DNA of 64,000 bases. It comes from a virus. A program made the translations under genes and the position numbers. Below the pieces are notes generated by a model. That model saw only the letters and a list, made by a program, of their open reading frames with translations. It had not been told where the DNA came from and made no database searches. The stretch spans positions 1-64,000 of the IMG/VR virus record IMGVR_UViG_3300026130_000003; one strand, 5' to 3'. Positions 39,852 through 49,464 of the stretch are shown piece after piece; position 1 is the stretch's first letter, and each line of letters begins with the position of its first letter.

Positions 39852-40486
39852 CTATATCCAGGAACATAACTCCAAATATTAGCAATTGCCATACGGCGTT
39901 TGGCGAGGTTGTCATCAACTTTGCCATTCGCCCTTTTTATGTTTGTTTGAATTTCATCTGTAATTTCAAACCACAATCCTTCATTAACCATTTTAACAAT
40001 AGCACTATCTTCTACTGAATCTACACCCTCATAAAAGAAATGAATCAACAATGCGTCATATTGTGTTTGTGATATAGGTTGATGCACAAACTGTTCTATG
40101 ATATTACCTATATTTCGCAGTTGCTTTTCTAATATCTTTTCTGCTTCGGCACGATTTATTATCCCAGTTGTAATGTCAATGCGTTTAGAAGCAACCGTAA
40201 TGTATCCAGTCTTTAGTTCTATAGGTGATACTTTGTAACCGAATCCTATCGTATCATCATTCGTTAACTCTAGTATTGGGTTTTCTTCTTTTGTTATAAA
40301 ATCTTTACTGAATATAGAAAATGTCAAATCTTCAGGTTGATAACATTTTACTTTAACATCAGAAAGAATATAATCCGGTTTATCATCATTGTATAACAGA
40401 CCCAAATAGGTACCATAAGGTGTTACCACATTTAATGGACGTTGGATGTAATTAAGAAGCGACCCTTGTCTTTTATCGTATATCAT
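39848..40486 (-). CDS. Lysozyme (GH24)-like protein, divergent
   Basis: [22 protein letters not shown]...LAKRR; adjacent to gp5. Confidence 0.65.
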   Translation of the reverse strand: MIYDKRQGSLLNYIQRPLNVVTPYGTYLGLLYNDDKPDYILSDVKVKCYQPEDLTFSIFSKDFITKEENPILELTNDDTIGFGYKVSPIELKTGYITVASKRIDITTGIINRAEAEKILEKQLRNIGNIIEQFVHQPISQTQYDALLIHFFYEGVDSVEDSAIVKMVNEGLWFEITDEIQTNIKRANGKVDDNLAKRRMAIANIWSYVPGYS

Positions 40487-40495
40487 ATAACCTCC

Positions 40496-42775
40496 TTAAC
40501 CCATTAATGACTTCAACCACGATGGTGCGTATGCATAACGACCACCTGCGCCCCATGTTCTTGAAGCATTTGTTGGTACAGTATTACCTGGTGCAATGTC
40601 TATGTGATATGTACTACCGCCCATATAACCTGCGCCTGCACCTATACTCAAAGCACCATTTGCTTTTGCACTCTTAAAGAACTGTCTAATCATAGGTTCA
40701 TGCTGTGGATTGGTAATATATAACTTTTGTCCGTCTTTGAATAACTGTACATCTGCCGCATAACCATCGTTATGTCTGTCACTACCTGTACGTCTACCTC
40801 TTGGATGTTGCCCACCAGATGTTATAAGCACACGTATGTTAGTAGACTGTGCTGATTTTTCAAGTATAGTGAATAGTTCATCTTGTAGAGGTAGATTTCT
40901 TACAGTGATAGAACCTGAATACTCTACTAGCCCTTGTGGTACCTCGCCGGTATCACCGCCACCTCCTTCACCTGTTGGTTGCGTTCTATCAACAGTTTGT
41001 TTAGATTGCGGTTGGTTCATTGCTGTTTGTTGCGCTTGATAACTTTGCGGATCTTCCTGTATAGGACCAGAAGTGTATGTTGGCATAACAGGTCTTATAA
41101 ACGGCTCATGTGTAGGCATTATAGGCACTGTAATTTGTTTTGCTACTGTAGATTCTAAATTTTGTATGTCAGGCATATCTTTCTTTGGTATCTCAGATGC
41201 TTGTTGTGCTACAGGACCATTTAAGTGTAGTACACCTCCGCTGGTCGTAACAAACATACTTGTACCAACCCAAGTGTGTGCCGAACCTTTGGCTTCAGTG
41301 TAATTAGAACCTGATGATTTAAGATGATAATTTTTGTTATTCATTGTAGTGTCGTTAACACTTCGCATATTAATTTTGTTACCAGCATCTATATTAATAT
41401 CTTTATCAGCACGAAGGTTAATATCTTTCTCCGCTCGCATACTAATAGAGCCTTGTGCGTATGTCATCACATGTCCATCGGCTCCTATTTCGACCCACGC
41501 TGTTCCTTTAGAGTTGATCATGTAGATAAAGTCATTATCTCCATCAAGTATAACACTTGCCCCAGAACCCGTTGTAAGGCGTATTTGAGACGGATGAATG
41601 TTTCCTTCATCGTCTGTACTACCGTCATCAATTGTCAATGCATTTTGACCCGGAGACTTAATGCCGAATACACGGGCGGCTTGTGGTTCGTTATAACTTG
41701 CATCACGATTAGGAGATGCTGTAGATTGACCACGCACTGGGTCCGTATACAACCCTTGTGCTGATACGTTTATGTTTCTTGGGTGGTTAGAAAACGCAGG
41801 ACCTACTGTACTTTCACCTTGTGAGTTTGATAAAAACCATTTAGATTCTTGCTTGCGCCTTTTCTCATTGTCACCGCCAAACAATCCGCCAACTGACTTC
41901 GCAAGATTAGATGCTATCTCAGCATTCTTTAAAGTACCTGCACCTGTAATTTGTTCTATATTACCTGCTGATTGTGCGTATGATGTTAGTGCATTTATTT
42001 GCGATTCATTCCACACGTAACCTTTTTCAATACCGTATCGTATAACATAATCTCGTTTATTAAGTAACTCATCCTTCAAACGTTTTTCGGCTTCGTCTTT
42101 AGTAATGTATTCGTCATCGAATTTTGCCTTCGTGCCATAACCATTGAATATCTGGTCGGCGGTATATTGAGTTGATTCTTTGAATCCGGAAGACTCTTTA
42201 ACAAAATTTAACAATTCGTTTGACAGTGGTTTGTCACCGATGATTGCCATAGTACCCGATGTTGAATTTGCAGGCGATGCACCAGCAGCACCATCTAAGT
42301 TTTGTGCAGTTGCTAAGTCTGGTATACGAGATTTCGCAGCAGGTTGGTCAGCGTATACGCCTTCACCCTGTCCTGTACCATCTGCAAGTGCCTTACCTAC
42401 AGCACCACCGGATACAATGTCTGGTACTCCTCCTGCAACTGCGAACCAATAGCCTTCTCTTAAATCGCCATTATTAGCAAAGAAAACCATGATTGTCAAG
42501 CCTGGGTCTGGAGGGACAGCATAGAAACCGTAGTTAGATATTCCGTTAGTTCCTCCAAATGGCGAAGCATATTGGAAGTATAATGGTTTGTCAGGGTTAC
42601 CCGCAAGTTTAGGTATATATGCGGCTAGTCGTCCACGACCTTCGGGATCAGGATCGCCAGTTGTAATTGCTTTGTATATACCACTTTGTACTTTATCTAT
42701 AAGTGGGTTGTTCTTATGATGTTTGTTCTTGTTAAACACCTCACCCAATGATGGTCTTTTATCATTATACGACAT
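40496..42775 (-). CDS. gp5: Baseplate hub spike gp5/VgrG-like with inserted lysozyme-like domain and C-terminal M15 peptidase
   Basis: DPEGRGRL...PPDPG OB-fold, beta-helix repeats, PTHEPF; C-terminal SG...RH..G.AAD...HID. Confidence 0.8.
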   Translation of the reverse strand: MSYNDKRPSLGEVFNKNKHHKNNPLIDKVQSGIYKAITTGDPDPEGRGRLAAYIPKLAGNPDKPLYFQYASPFGGTNGISNYGFYAVPPDPGLTIMVFFANNGDLREGYWFAVAGGVPDIVSGGAVGKALADGTGQGEGVYADQPAAKSRIPDLATAQNLDGAAGASPANSTSGTMAIIGDKPLSNELLNFVKESSGFKESTQYTADQIFNGYGTKAKFDDEYITKDEAEKRLKDELLNKRDYVIRYGIEKGYVWNESQINALTSYAQSAGNIEQITGAGTLKNAEIASNLAKSVGGLFGGDNEKRRKQESKWFLSNSQGESTVGPAFSNHPRNINVSAQGLYTDPVRGQSTASPNRDASYNEPQAARVFGIKSPGQNALTIDDGSTDDEGNIHPSQIRLTTGSGASVILDGDNDFIYMINSKGTAWVEIGADGHVMTYAQGSISMRAEKDINLRADKDINIDAGNKINMRSVNDTTMNNKNYHLKSSGSNYTEAKGSAHTWVGTSMFVTTSGGVLHLNGPVAQQASEIPKKDMPDIQNLESTVAKQITVPIMPTHEPFIRPVMPTYTSGPIQEDPQSYQAQQTAMNQPQSKQTVDRTQPTGEGGGGDTGEVPQGLVEYSGSITVRNLPLQDELFTILEKSAQSTNIRVLITSGGQHPRGRRTGSDRHNDGYAADVQLFKDGQKLYITNPQHEPMIRQFFKSAKANGALSIGAGAGYMGGSTYHIDIAPGNTVPTNASRTWGAGGRYAYAPSWLKSLMG

Positions 42776-45324
42776 TATGGTTCTCCATCCAATTGTACAG
42801 TAACTTCACCTTTAAATTTCTTTTCATATTCTTTTGCGGCATCAAGTCGTATCATAGACAGTGTTTGTGTGAATGCTCCGCCAGAAAAACTAGATTCAAT
42901 ATCTTTAACAAAATACAAATACGTGAACAAGTTATCTATTTTCAAATTGTCATTCTCATCCGAACCATTAGGAGCATTACGTATTAACATTACAACATTA
43001 GTTCCAGCAATACCATATTGTAGATTTCTCTCTTTGTCAGCATTCACTACTTGAAGTTCCGAAACATGTTCTATTTCTCTGGTCTTAGGTTCAGTCACCG
43101 GAGAAATCCAAAAAGGATCACCTACAATAGTCATCTCAGCATTGACCATACTCAAATCTATATTATGTCCTTCATCAAACTTGTGATTTACTATGTCTTC
43201 ATCAATTTGAATATTTGAAGATACAGAAGATGCTCTACGCATATTTTCTATGTACTTATAACTAGAAGACCTGAACATTCCTGGATTAGTCAATATTATG
43301 TCAAGCAATTGTTGTTTTTCTTTAGAGGTCAATGATAATACTTTATCGTCATCTAAATTTTCAAGTAACATTATGCCATTGCCTCGACTTTGTTCTCTTA
43401 TCGTTTTAACATCTTCATATAACTTGTTACTTGCGTTTGTTGATTGAACACCAAACACTATATCAAATGTTTCGTTGTCATTTGATTTTAATTGATTTTG
43501 TTTTTCAAATTGTGCGGTTCTAATATTTTGAAGTCTTCTCCATTCACTATCTTGTTGCTCAACTCTTGAGGCAATATTAGAGTCAGATAGTGCTTCTGCA
43601 ACTAATGAATCATCTGCTGCCGCCATTCGTAACTCAGTGAATGATTTGTCGTTGTACTGCGCCATCAACGCTCTCTCAGGTCCATCACCTCCTAATCCTA
43701 GATTAGAACGGATAGCAGAAAGTATTTCGTTTTTAACTTCTCGGTTTTCGTTGTCAAAGTTTTTTTCTTGTCTTTCCAAATCTCTTTTAACTTGTTCGTA
43801 TTCATTGGTTAAACGAATATGGTCAGAACTTAACTCTTCTAGTCTGGCACGTGCTTGGTCATTGATACCTTCAAGACCGCGTATATAGTTTTCTAAATGC
43901 TGGTTTATACTGTAGTTACTTGTGAAGTTATTAGTAGTCTTGGTTAACTGTCTATTGAGTTTCACTTCCAATGCCAAGATATCAGTATTTAACCCAGTAT
44001 AGTCACTGTAATATTTCTTAACAAGTCTATTTTGCTGTAGTAGTTTGTCTATATTACTCGTTACATGTGTTGACTTTTCTGCCAAATCTGTTATATTTTG
44101 GTCAACAAATTCTTCACGTATGTCAAGAAAATACTTTATATCGTATGCTTGTGTACCAGTGACCATGTTAAATCCATTAATCTTAGGCACTGTATGTACA
44201 GTGATATGTGGCAACTTCGTAAATGTGTTACTAGTTTCAGTTAACGACTTAGCAACATTCATTGAATGAAGTACCAAATCACGTAACGCATATTTTATAC
44301 TCGTTCCAGCATGAACTGTAGCAATAAAACCGTTTTGTGTCATTTCTAATGGCAATCTGCCCTTTCGCTCCGGATCTGCTTTATTAGACGCTTCCTGATA
44401 GTTAGGTTTGCTGGAATCCATTATAGGATTGTTTTTACCATATGTGTTTTTAAAGTTTTCTGAAAACTCAAAGAAGTAAGAATTTTGATATTGAGTATCG
44501 TTAGTAAAACGCAATTCTGCTAGATATTGGTCTATTGCACTTTCTAAGTTTTTAACCGTAGTTTCTAATGTATCTCCAATTTTATATTCGATATCTTCAA
44601 TAACAATGTCGTTTTCAGGTTTATTGCCCATATCTGTAGCAATGACACCTTCCAACGTTGCTACTGTACCTTCTAATGTAGTAGATGTTTGTATGTCGTT
44701 TATGTTACTGATTACAAATGGTATCAATCTTCTATCTGGTAAGTTGTATGCTTCACCATCATGACCATATCCTGTGAATGTTATATCTATAAAGAATGTA
44801 GCATATGCGATTGAAGGATAACCCATAATTTTAATTGCTTTGAGTATGTTGTCTATTAGAAAGGCGTTACCAACACTAGTCAAAGTAAATGAAAGATGTG
44901 TGCCCACACCACCATGGTCTAGACCTTGAGTGTTACCTATACTTCTGATAGTCAAATCATCTATCATTATCTCAGTTGTCAAACCAGTTTGTGCGATAAC
45001 AATGGCATCATCTGATGGCCATGAACCAGAAAACATATCATCGATACTTACTTCACCATTTAAAAACCTTCTAGTTTCCAACTGGTCTACAATAAACATT
45101 TTCAAGTTATAGGTATACGTTTCATACTCATGTAACGGATTGGGAACCCAATCGTTAGTTCGTTCAATACTATTCAAGTTTCCTAGTGAGTTATCCTGAA
45201 TTATTTCGTTTCCCTGATTGAATTGACTTTGTTGTTCAGGAGTCGCATTAACCTCTGGACTTTGAACAAGTTCAGGATTGTTAGACGAATAGAGTTTGAC
45301 TATTTCCTCGTTAGTTAACGCCAT
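42775..45324 (-). CDS. Baseplate hub protein (gp27-like position) with coiled-coil insert
   Basis: NPLH.Y..YTY start, I.GDPFW and Y.V..IES.FSGG.FTQTL end; lies between gp53 and gp5. Confidence 0.6.
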   Translation of the reverse strand: MALTNEEIVKLYSSNNPELVQSPEVNATPEQQSQFNQGNEIIQDNSLGNLNSIERTNDWVPNPLHEYETYTYNLKMFIVDQLETRRFLNGEVSIDDMFSGSWPSDDAIVIAQTGLTTEIMIDDLTIRSIGNTQGLDHGGVGTHLSFTLTSVGNAFLIDNILKAIKIMGYPSIAYATFFIDITFTGYGHDGEAYNLPDRRLIPFVISNINDIQTSTTLEGTVATLEGVIATDMGNKPENDIVIEDIEYKIGDTLETTVKNLESAIDQYLAELRFTNDTQYQNSYFFEFSENFKNTYGKNNPIMDSSKPNYQEASNKADPERKGRLPLEMTQNGFIATVHAGTSIKYALRDLVLHSMNVAKSLTETSNTFTKLPHITVHTVPKINGFNMVTGTQAYDIKYFLDIREEFVDQNITDLAEKSTHVTSNIDKLLQQNRLVKKYYSDYTGLNTDILALEVKLNRQLTKTTNNFTSNYSINQHLENYIRGLEGINDQARARLEELSSDHIRLTNEYEQVKRDLERQEKNFDNENREVKNEILSAIRSNLGLGGDGPERALMAQYNDKSFTELRMAAADDSLVAEALSDSNIASRVEQQDSEWRRLQNIRTAQFEKQNQLKSNDNETFDIVFGVQSTNASNKLYEDVKTIREQSRGNGIMLLENLDDDKVLSLTSKEKQQLLDIILTNPGMFRSSSYKYIENMRRASSVSSNIQIDEDIVNHKFDEGHNIDLSMVNAEMTIVGDPFWISPVTEPKTREIEHVSELQVVNADKERNLQYGIAGTNVVMLIRNAPNGSDENDNLKIDNLFTYLYFVKDIESSFSGGAFTQTLSMIRLDAAKEYEKKFKGEVTVQLDGEP

Positions 45325-45614
45325 TAACTCATCCTCGATATATTATCTGCTGATGGTACTCGTATAGTTGTACCTGCGGTAAAATCAAACACTGGATCCT
45401 TGATTGTGTTTTTGTTTCGTTGTGCAAATATCCACCAGTACTTAGAAGTGCCATAACGGTCGTAACTAAACAAGTCAGGACGTTTATCATACTTTTGTTC
45501 AATGACATAAACTTCATCCAAAGGATCTTCGTATATGTATCTTGGCACTTGCAAATCTAAAATAGTTTTATCTACTGTTGGGGTTTTAAACCACGGACTA
45601 TGCTTTTCGTACAT
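45324..45614 (-). CDS. gp53: Baseplate wedge protein gp53 (LysM-like)
   Basis: RPDL.SY..YG...YWWIFA..N...DP.FDF..G..I.VP. Confidence 0.85.
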   Translation of the reverse strand: MYEKHSPWFKTPTVDKTILDLQVPRYIYEDPLDEVYVIEQKYDKRPDLFSYDRYGTSKYWWIFAQRNKNTIKDPVFDFTAGTTIRVPSADNISRMS

Positions 45615-45615
45615 T

Positions 45616-46212
45616 TTAGATATACCCCTTATTTCTTAAATTACCCATCGAATAATCACGTAATGAAAATTCACCTCGCACTTTTGCCGGAGCGTATGTA
45701 GTACTCAGAGACAATACAAATGTACTTGATACTGGCAAATATGCAACAGTTCCGTTGTTATCAAACGGTATATAGTCTACATCGTTTTCAAAGTTCCATT
45801 GGAATCCTGCGACTACAACAGGAACATTGGTATATATGTTGTTGATATGCAATCGTAGAACAGGCGGTGGGAGACCTTTACTTTCGTCCTTTTCACCAAA
45901 ATGCATTTTCATTGCCGCTCTGAAAAACTGAGACATATCCAACACTTCTTCTGCATCTAATTCTGTGCGAATAATCATAGGTGCAATCAACGAAATCTCT
46001 GCGTTGGTACCGCTTTGAAATATTTTTTGTTGATAGTTAGAATGCGTCGGATCGTAACTACTGTATCCCGCATCGCCACTTATACTAATGGTAGGCGTGT
46101 AGGGAAAAGATACTTTCCTACGGTTCAATCTGTTGGCGGGGTCGGTTATATAGACCCTTTCTTCTGCTTCTCTGGTTTGGTCGTACAGACTTTTTGGTAT
46201 TGCCATTTGCAT
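45616..46212 (-). CDS. Tail tube initiator / baseplate protein (gp48/gp54-like)
   Basis: FPYTP.I...Y...PTHSNY, G.PPPVLRL, NVPVV, VDYI. Confidence 0.6.
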   Translation of the reverse strand: MQMAIPKSLYDQTREAEERVYITDPANRLNRRKVSFPYTPTISISGDAGYSSYDPTHSNYQQKIFQSGTNAEISLIAPMIIRTELDAEEVLDMSQFFRAAMKMHFGEKDESKGLPPPVLRLHINNIYTNVPVVVAGFQWNFENDVDYIPFDNNGTVAYLPVSSTFVLSLSTTYAPAKVRGEFSLRDYSMGNLRNKGYI

Positions 46213-46231
46213 GTCTCCTATTTCATAGTTG

Positions 46232-46260
46232 TATTTATCTTCGTATAAACTACGAAGTTT
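46232..46260 (-). promoter_or_regulatory. Late promoter GATAAATA with upstream AAACTTCGTAGTTTATACG element
   Basis: Copy of 37752..37780. Confidence 0.7.
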
Positions 46261-46276
46261 TAGAAATAGGAAGTAT

Positions 46277-46386
46277 AAAAAAATCCCTTCACACCGTAAG
46301 ATGTAAAGGGATTTGACTTCAGATTTAAAAATGAGTTAACCACGCAGTGAGAGGTTAAGAGAGAGGAGACACGTTGCTAACTCATT
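46277..46386 (-). ncRNA. Candidate small RNA with CU-rich anti-SD loop and intrinsic terminator
   Basis: Own sigma70 promoter; stem ATGAGTTAGC/GTTAACTCAT around TCTCCTCTCTCTTAACCTCTC; terminator AAATCCCTTTACATC-TTAC-GGTGTGAAGGGATTTTTTT; no ORF. Confidence 0.7.
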
Positions 46387-46392
46387 AATATC

Positions 46393-46421
46393 ATTATCTC
46401 AAATAATGATAGCCCTGTCAA
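46393..46421 (-). promoter_or_regulatory. Sigma70-type promoter of the sRNA
   Basis: TTGACA-17-GATAAT. Confidence 0.7.
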
Positions 46422-46427
46422 GGGTTT

Positions 46428-46604
46428 TTACAAATTATTTTTCTTTTCTTGAATTTCTTTACGGCGTTCTTTTGCTAGTTTACCAATTTCACCCAATGCC
46501 TTGCGAGCACGAGCGGCGGCTGCTTTTACTCCTTTGGTTTCAAATGCTTCGCTTTCTTTTAGGTAAATTGCCATTTGTTCTTCAATTTGTTCGTGAATTG
46601 TCAT
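46428..46604 (-). CDS. Histone H1-like (Hc1 family) small basic protein
   Basis: KG.KAAAARARKALGEIGKLAKERRK; AAGGAGA RBS supports ATG 46604. Confidence 0.75.
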   Translation of the reverse strand: MTIHEQIEEQMAIYLKESEAFETKGVKAAAARARKALGEIGKLAKERRKEIQEKKNNL

Positions 46605-46647
46605 TTTATTCTCCTTGTTTATATGTTGGCATTCCAACATCTTTTAT

Positions 46648-48438
46648 TTATGTTTTATGTTCTAATTCTTCAGTTATATCCTGAGGATCTTCCTGATGGA
46701 ACGTAGTGAAACCATTCTCTTTGGTAACGTTCAATATGTCACTAACACGACCCATCAACTCTTCCTTATGCGATACAAGGAAGATTGACCTATTTCGTTC
46801 TCGGGTCATTTTCTTCAAAATACCCAATGCAGATTCAGCACCATTTGTATCCATACCACTATCCATCAATTCGTCAACAAATAGTACATTGATAGTTGAG
46901 TAAAGTGATTCAAACACATCACGGAATGCCCACGATAGTCCCAGAATCAAACGGTTGCGCTCGCCTCGTGACAAGTTACCAAAGTCCAAGTCTCGTCCCA
47001 ATTCTGTAATCTCTACTGTCAAGTCACTTTGGAATACAACTGAATGTGGCAGTCCAAGTTTGTCAAGATAATATTCGAGTCTGTTGTTCAAGTAACTAAG
47101 GTTTTGGTCTATAATCTTCTTACGTATGAAACTATCTTTACTTGTTAGCAATTTAATCAAAAAGTCTTGGTGATCCTTGAGAGATACAAGAGCATTCATA
47201 TGAGTGTAATCAATTTCTGCTAGTGCGTTTTCTCTAAGTTCTTTGATTTGGTCATCGTATGGATTAATCGCATCTTTCTTACTAGCAATTTGATCCTGCA
47301 ACGATTTCACTGAGTTCTGATGTTCGTATGCCTCAGTAACCGACGGATAAAATGGTTCTGGTTCGTCACCTAAAGTTTCTTCCTCAGCAATAACACCAAG
47401 ATGTTCTTCTAATTGTGCTAAGTCACTGACGGCCTGTAGTGCCGCCTCTTGTTTTTGTTCTTCTTTAGATTTTAGAATCTCTTCCTGTTTAGAATCGTGA
47501 AGTTCTTGACCGCAACTATGACACTTGTGGTCTACGAGTAGTGCTATCTCCGCTTCTAGTTTTTCTACAAGTTTTTCGTTCTTGTTCACACTAGTTTTGA
47601 TACGTTCTGCCCACTTTTTAGAATCGTTGATTTTGGACAGTTTAGCAGTATACACCGTTAAGTCTTCATGTAGTTTTAGTTCTTTGTCAATTTCTATGTG
47701 TGACAATGATTCCAATGCTTGTTCTAATTCTTCAATCTCTGATTTGTGAGTTTTAGTCCATACTTTGGCTCTTCGTTCTACACTCGCAATGTTTTCTAAT
47801 ATACGTTTGTTTGCTTGTTCTTTAGCGGTGAGGTTGTACTCTTCCTCTTTAATCAAATCTTTAGTTTGCTTGATTTGTTCTTTGAGCAAATCTGCCTTAC
47901 GAGACAATTCAGTGATACCAAGAAGTTCTTCAATGAGTTCTCGTTGATCGCCTGCCCGCATACTAAGAAACGGTTCAGTATATGTGTTGAGTGCGACTAC
48001 GTGCTTAAACATTGTATGCGAAATACCAATGATAGAATCTACTTCTACTTGTGTTTCTCGCATTTCGCCTTGTGCGTGGTCTTCACCGTTCATATCTATA
48101 CCGTCTTTTAGAAAACGGAATACATTGGGAGAACGACCGCGCTCTAGACGATATTCGTCACCGTTATATTCAAAATCAACAGTAACAAGCATGTTCTTAC
48201 CGTTAGTCTTGTTGATAAGGTTGTTTTTCTTAATATCTGACAATGCGTTACCATACAATGCATATGATAGAGCATTAATGAGTGTAGTCTTACCAGTACC
48301 GTTTCGACTACCATCACCACCTAAGTCAACGTTGTTGCCCAATACCAAGGTTAGATTCTGTCTATTAAGGTCTATAACTTGTGTAACGTTACCAACGGAT
48401 AAGAAGTTACGAATGGTTATGTTCTTAATCTTTAGCAC
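46648..48438 (-). CDS. gp46: Recombination endonuclease ATPase subunit (SbcC/Rad50-like)
   Basis: NGTGKTT Walker A, CHSCG zinc hook, LSRGE signature, FVDE Walker B, VSH. Confidence 0.95.
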   Translation of the reverse strand: MLKIKNITIRNFLSVGNVTQVIDLNRQNLTLVLGNNVDLGGDGSRNGTGKTTLINALSYALYGNALSDIKKNNLINKTNGKNMLVTVDFEYNGDEYRLERGRSPNVFRFLKDGIDMNGEDHAQGEMRETQVEVDSIIGISHTMFKHVVALNTYTEPFLSMRAGDQRELIEELLGITELSRKADLLKEQIKQTKDLIKEEEYNLTAKEQANKRILENIASVERRAKVWTKTHKSEIEELEQALESLSHIEIDKELKLHEDLTVYTAKLSKINDSKKWAERIKTSVNKNEKLVEKLEAEIALLVDHKCHSCGQELHDSKQEEILKSKEEQKQEAALQAVSDLAQLEEHLGVIAEEETLGDEPEPFYPSVTEAYEHQNSVKSLQDQIASKKDAINPYDDQIKELRENALAEIDYTHMNALVSLKDHQDFLIKLLTSKDSFIRKKIIDQNLSYLNNRLEYYLDKLGLPHSVVFQSDLTVEITELGRDLDFGNLSRGERNRLILGLSWAFRDVFESLYSTINVLFVDELMDSGMDTNGAESALGILKKMTRERNRSIFLVSHKEELMGRVSDILNVTKENGFTTFHQEDPQDITEELEHKT

Positions 48439-48450
48439 TATTGTCCTCTC

Positions 48451-49464
48451 TTATAGGCTATTGTAGATGTTAATAAGTAGATTCTTATCAAATGTACCAT
48501 ATAGTTCGGAGATTTGTGTGATAACAATTTCGTCAATTGTTTCGAAATGTATTTCTGCACCCGTGTCTTCCATATGTTCCGTATTTTTAATAGGAACAAG
48601 CGAAATGTCACGTAGGTTGTAAGTCTCCACAAATGTATCCTTGATAAAATTTGCTTCTTCATAACTAATGTCTATGTCCAATGAAACCTTAGCACTAGTC
48701 TTAGGAAGAAGATACTTACCAGGATCTTCTAGTAACGTGCTTAGGTTAATGTTACGATACTTAGGTGCATGAGGCCACGCAAAGAATTCAGGGTCTTCAC
48801 CCCATTCTATTGTCATTAGACCTCGTTCATCATCCCACGAATCACTAAAGTTGTGAGGGAATGCATTGCCTATGTATATGATGTTGTCTTTGATTTGTCG
48901 TTTGTGGAAGTGCCCAGAAAACACATAGTCTTGATGTTTGAACATTCCGCCTTTCAAGCCGCCGTGGTCTGGCATTTCCACCATCGCATTAAGTTTGAAT
49001 GTAGGAAGTTCAAAATGTCCAAACATATACTTAGATTTGATTTTAGGAATTTTCTTCCATTCATCACCTACCAGCCACGGTACAATGGCAACATCACCTT
49101 CAACTAGTGTTTCTTCCACTAGAACAATGTTCGGAAACTCTTTTGCAAATTCAACAGAATTGACTTCTCGGTTTTCACGATAATACAAATCGTGATTGCC
49201 TAGAATAAAATAACACTTTTCAAAGGCGTCATTGAGTTTACGCAACGCCTCTAAACTAAACTTTAATGTTGATATGTTAAGACTTGCTCGTTGATGGTGC
49301 CAGTCACCACAAAAGATAAAAGTTTCACAACCTTTATCCTTAGCAGTTTTAATTGACCAATCAACAAAGTCCATACAATCTTGGTTATGTTGCTTAGAGT
49401 TGTTGCGGAGACCCCAGTGTATGTCTGTGAACACTGCTGCCTTTTTGAAAAGATTATCAGTCAT
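48451..49464 (-). CDS. gp47: Recombination endonuclease nuclease subunit (SbcD/Mre11-like)
   Basis: TDIH, GDW, GNHD, GHFE, SGHFH metallophosphoesterase motifs; start taken at ATG 49464. Confidence 0.95.
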   Translation of the reverse strand: MTDNLFKKAAVFTDIHWGLRNNSKQHNQDCMDFVDWSIKTAKDKGCETFIFCGDWHHQRASLNISTLKFSLEALRKLNDAFEKCYFILGNHDLYYRENREVNSVEFAKEFPNIVLVEETLVEGDVAIVPWLVGDEWKKIPKIKSKYMFGHFELPTFKLNAMVEMPDHGGLKGGMFKHQDYVFSGHFHKRQIKDNIIYIGNAFPHNFSDSWDDERGLMTIEWGEDPEFFAWPHAPKYRNINLSTLLEDPGKYLLPKTSAKVSLDIDISYEEANFIKDTFVETYNLRDISLVPIKNTEHMEDTGAEIHFETIDEIVITQISELYGTFDKNLLINIYNSL

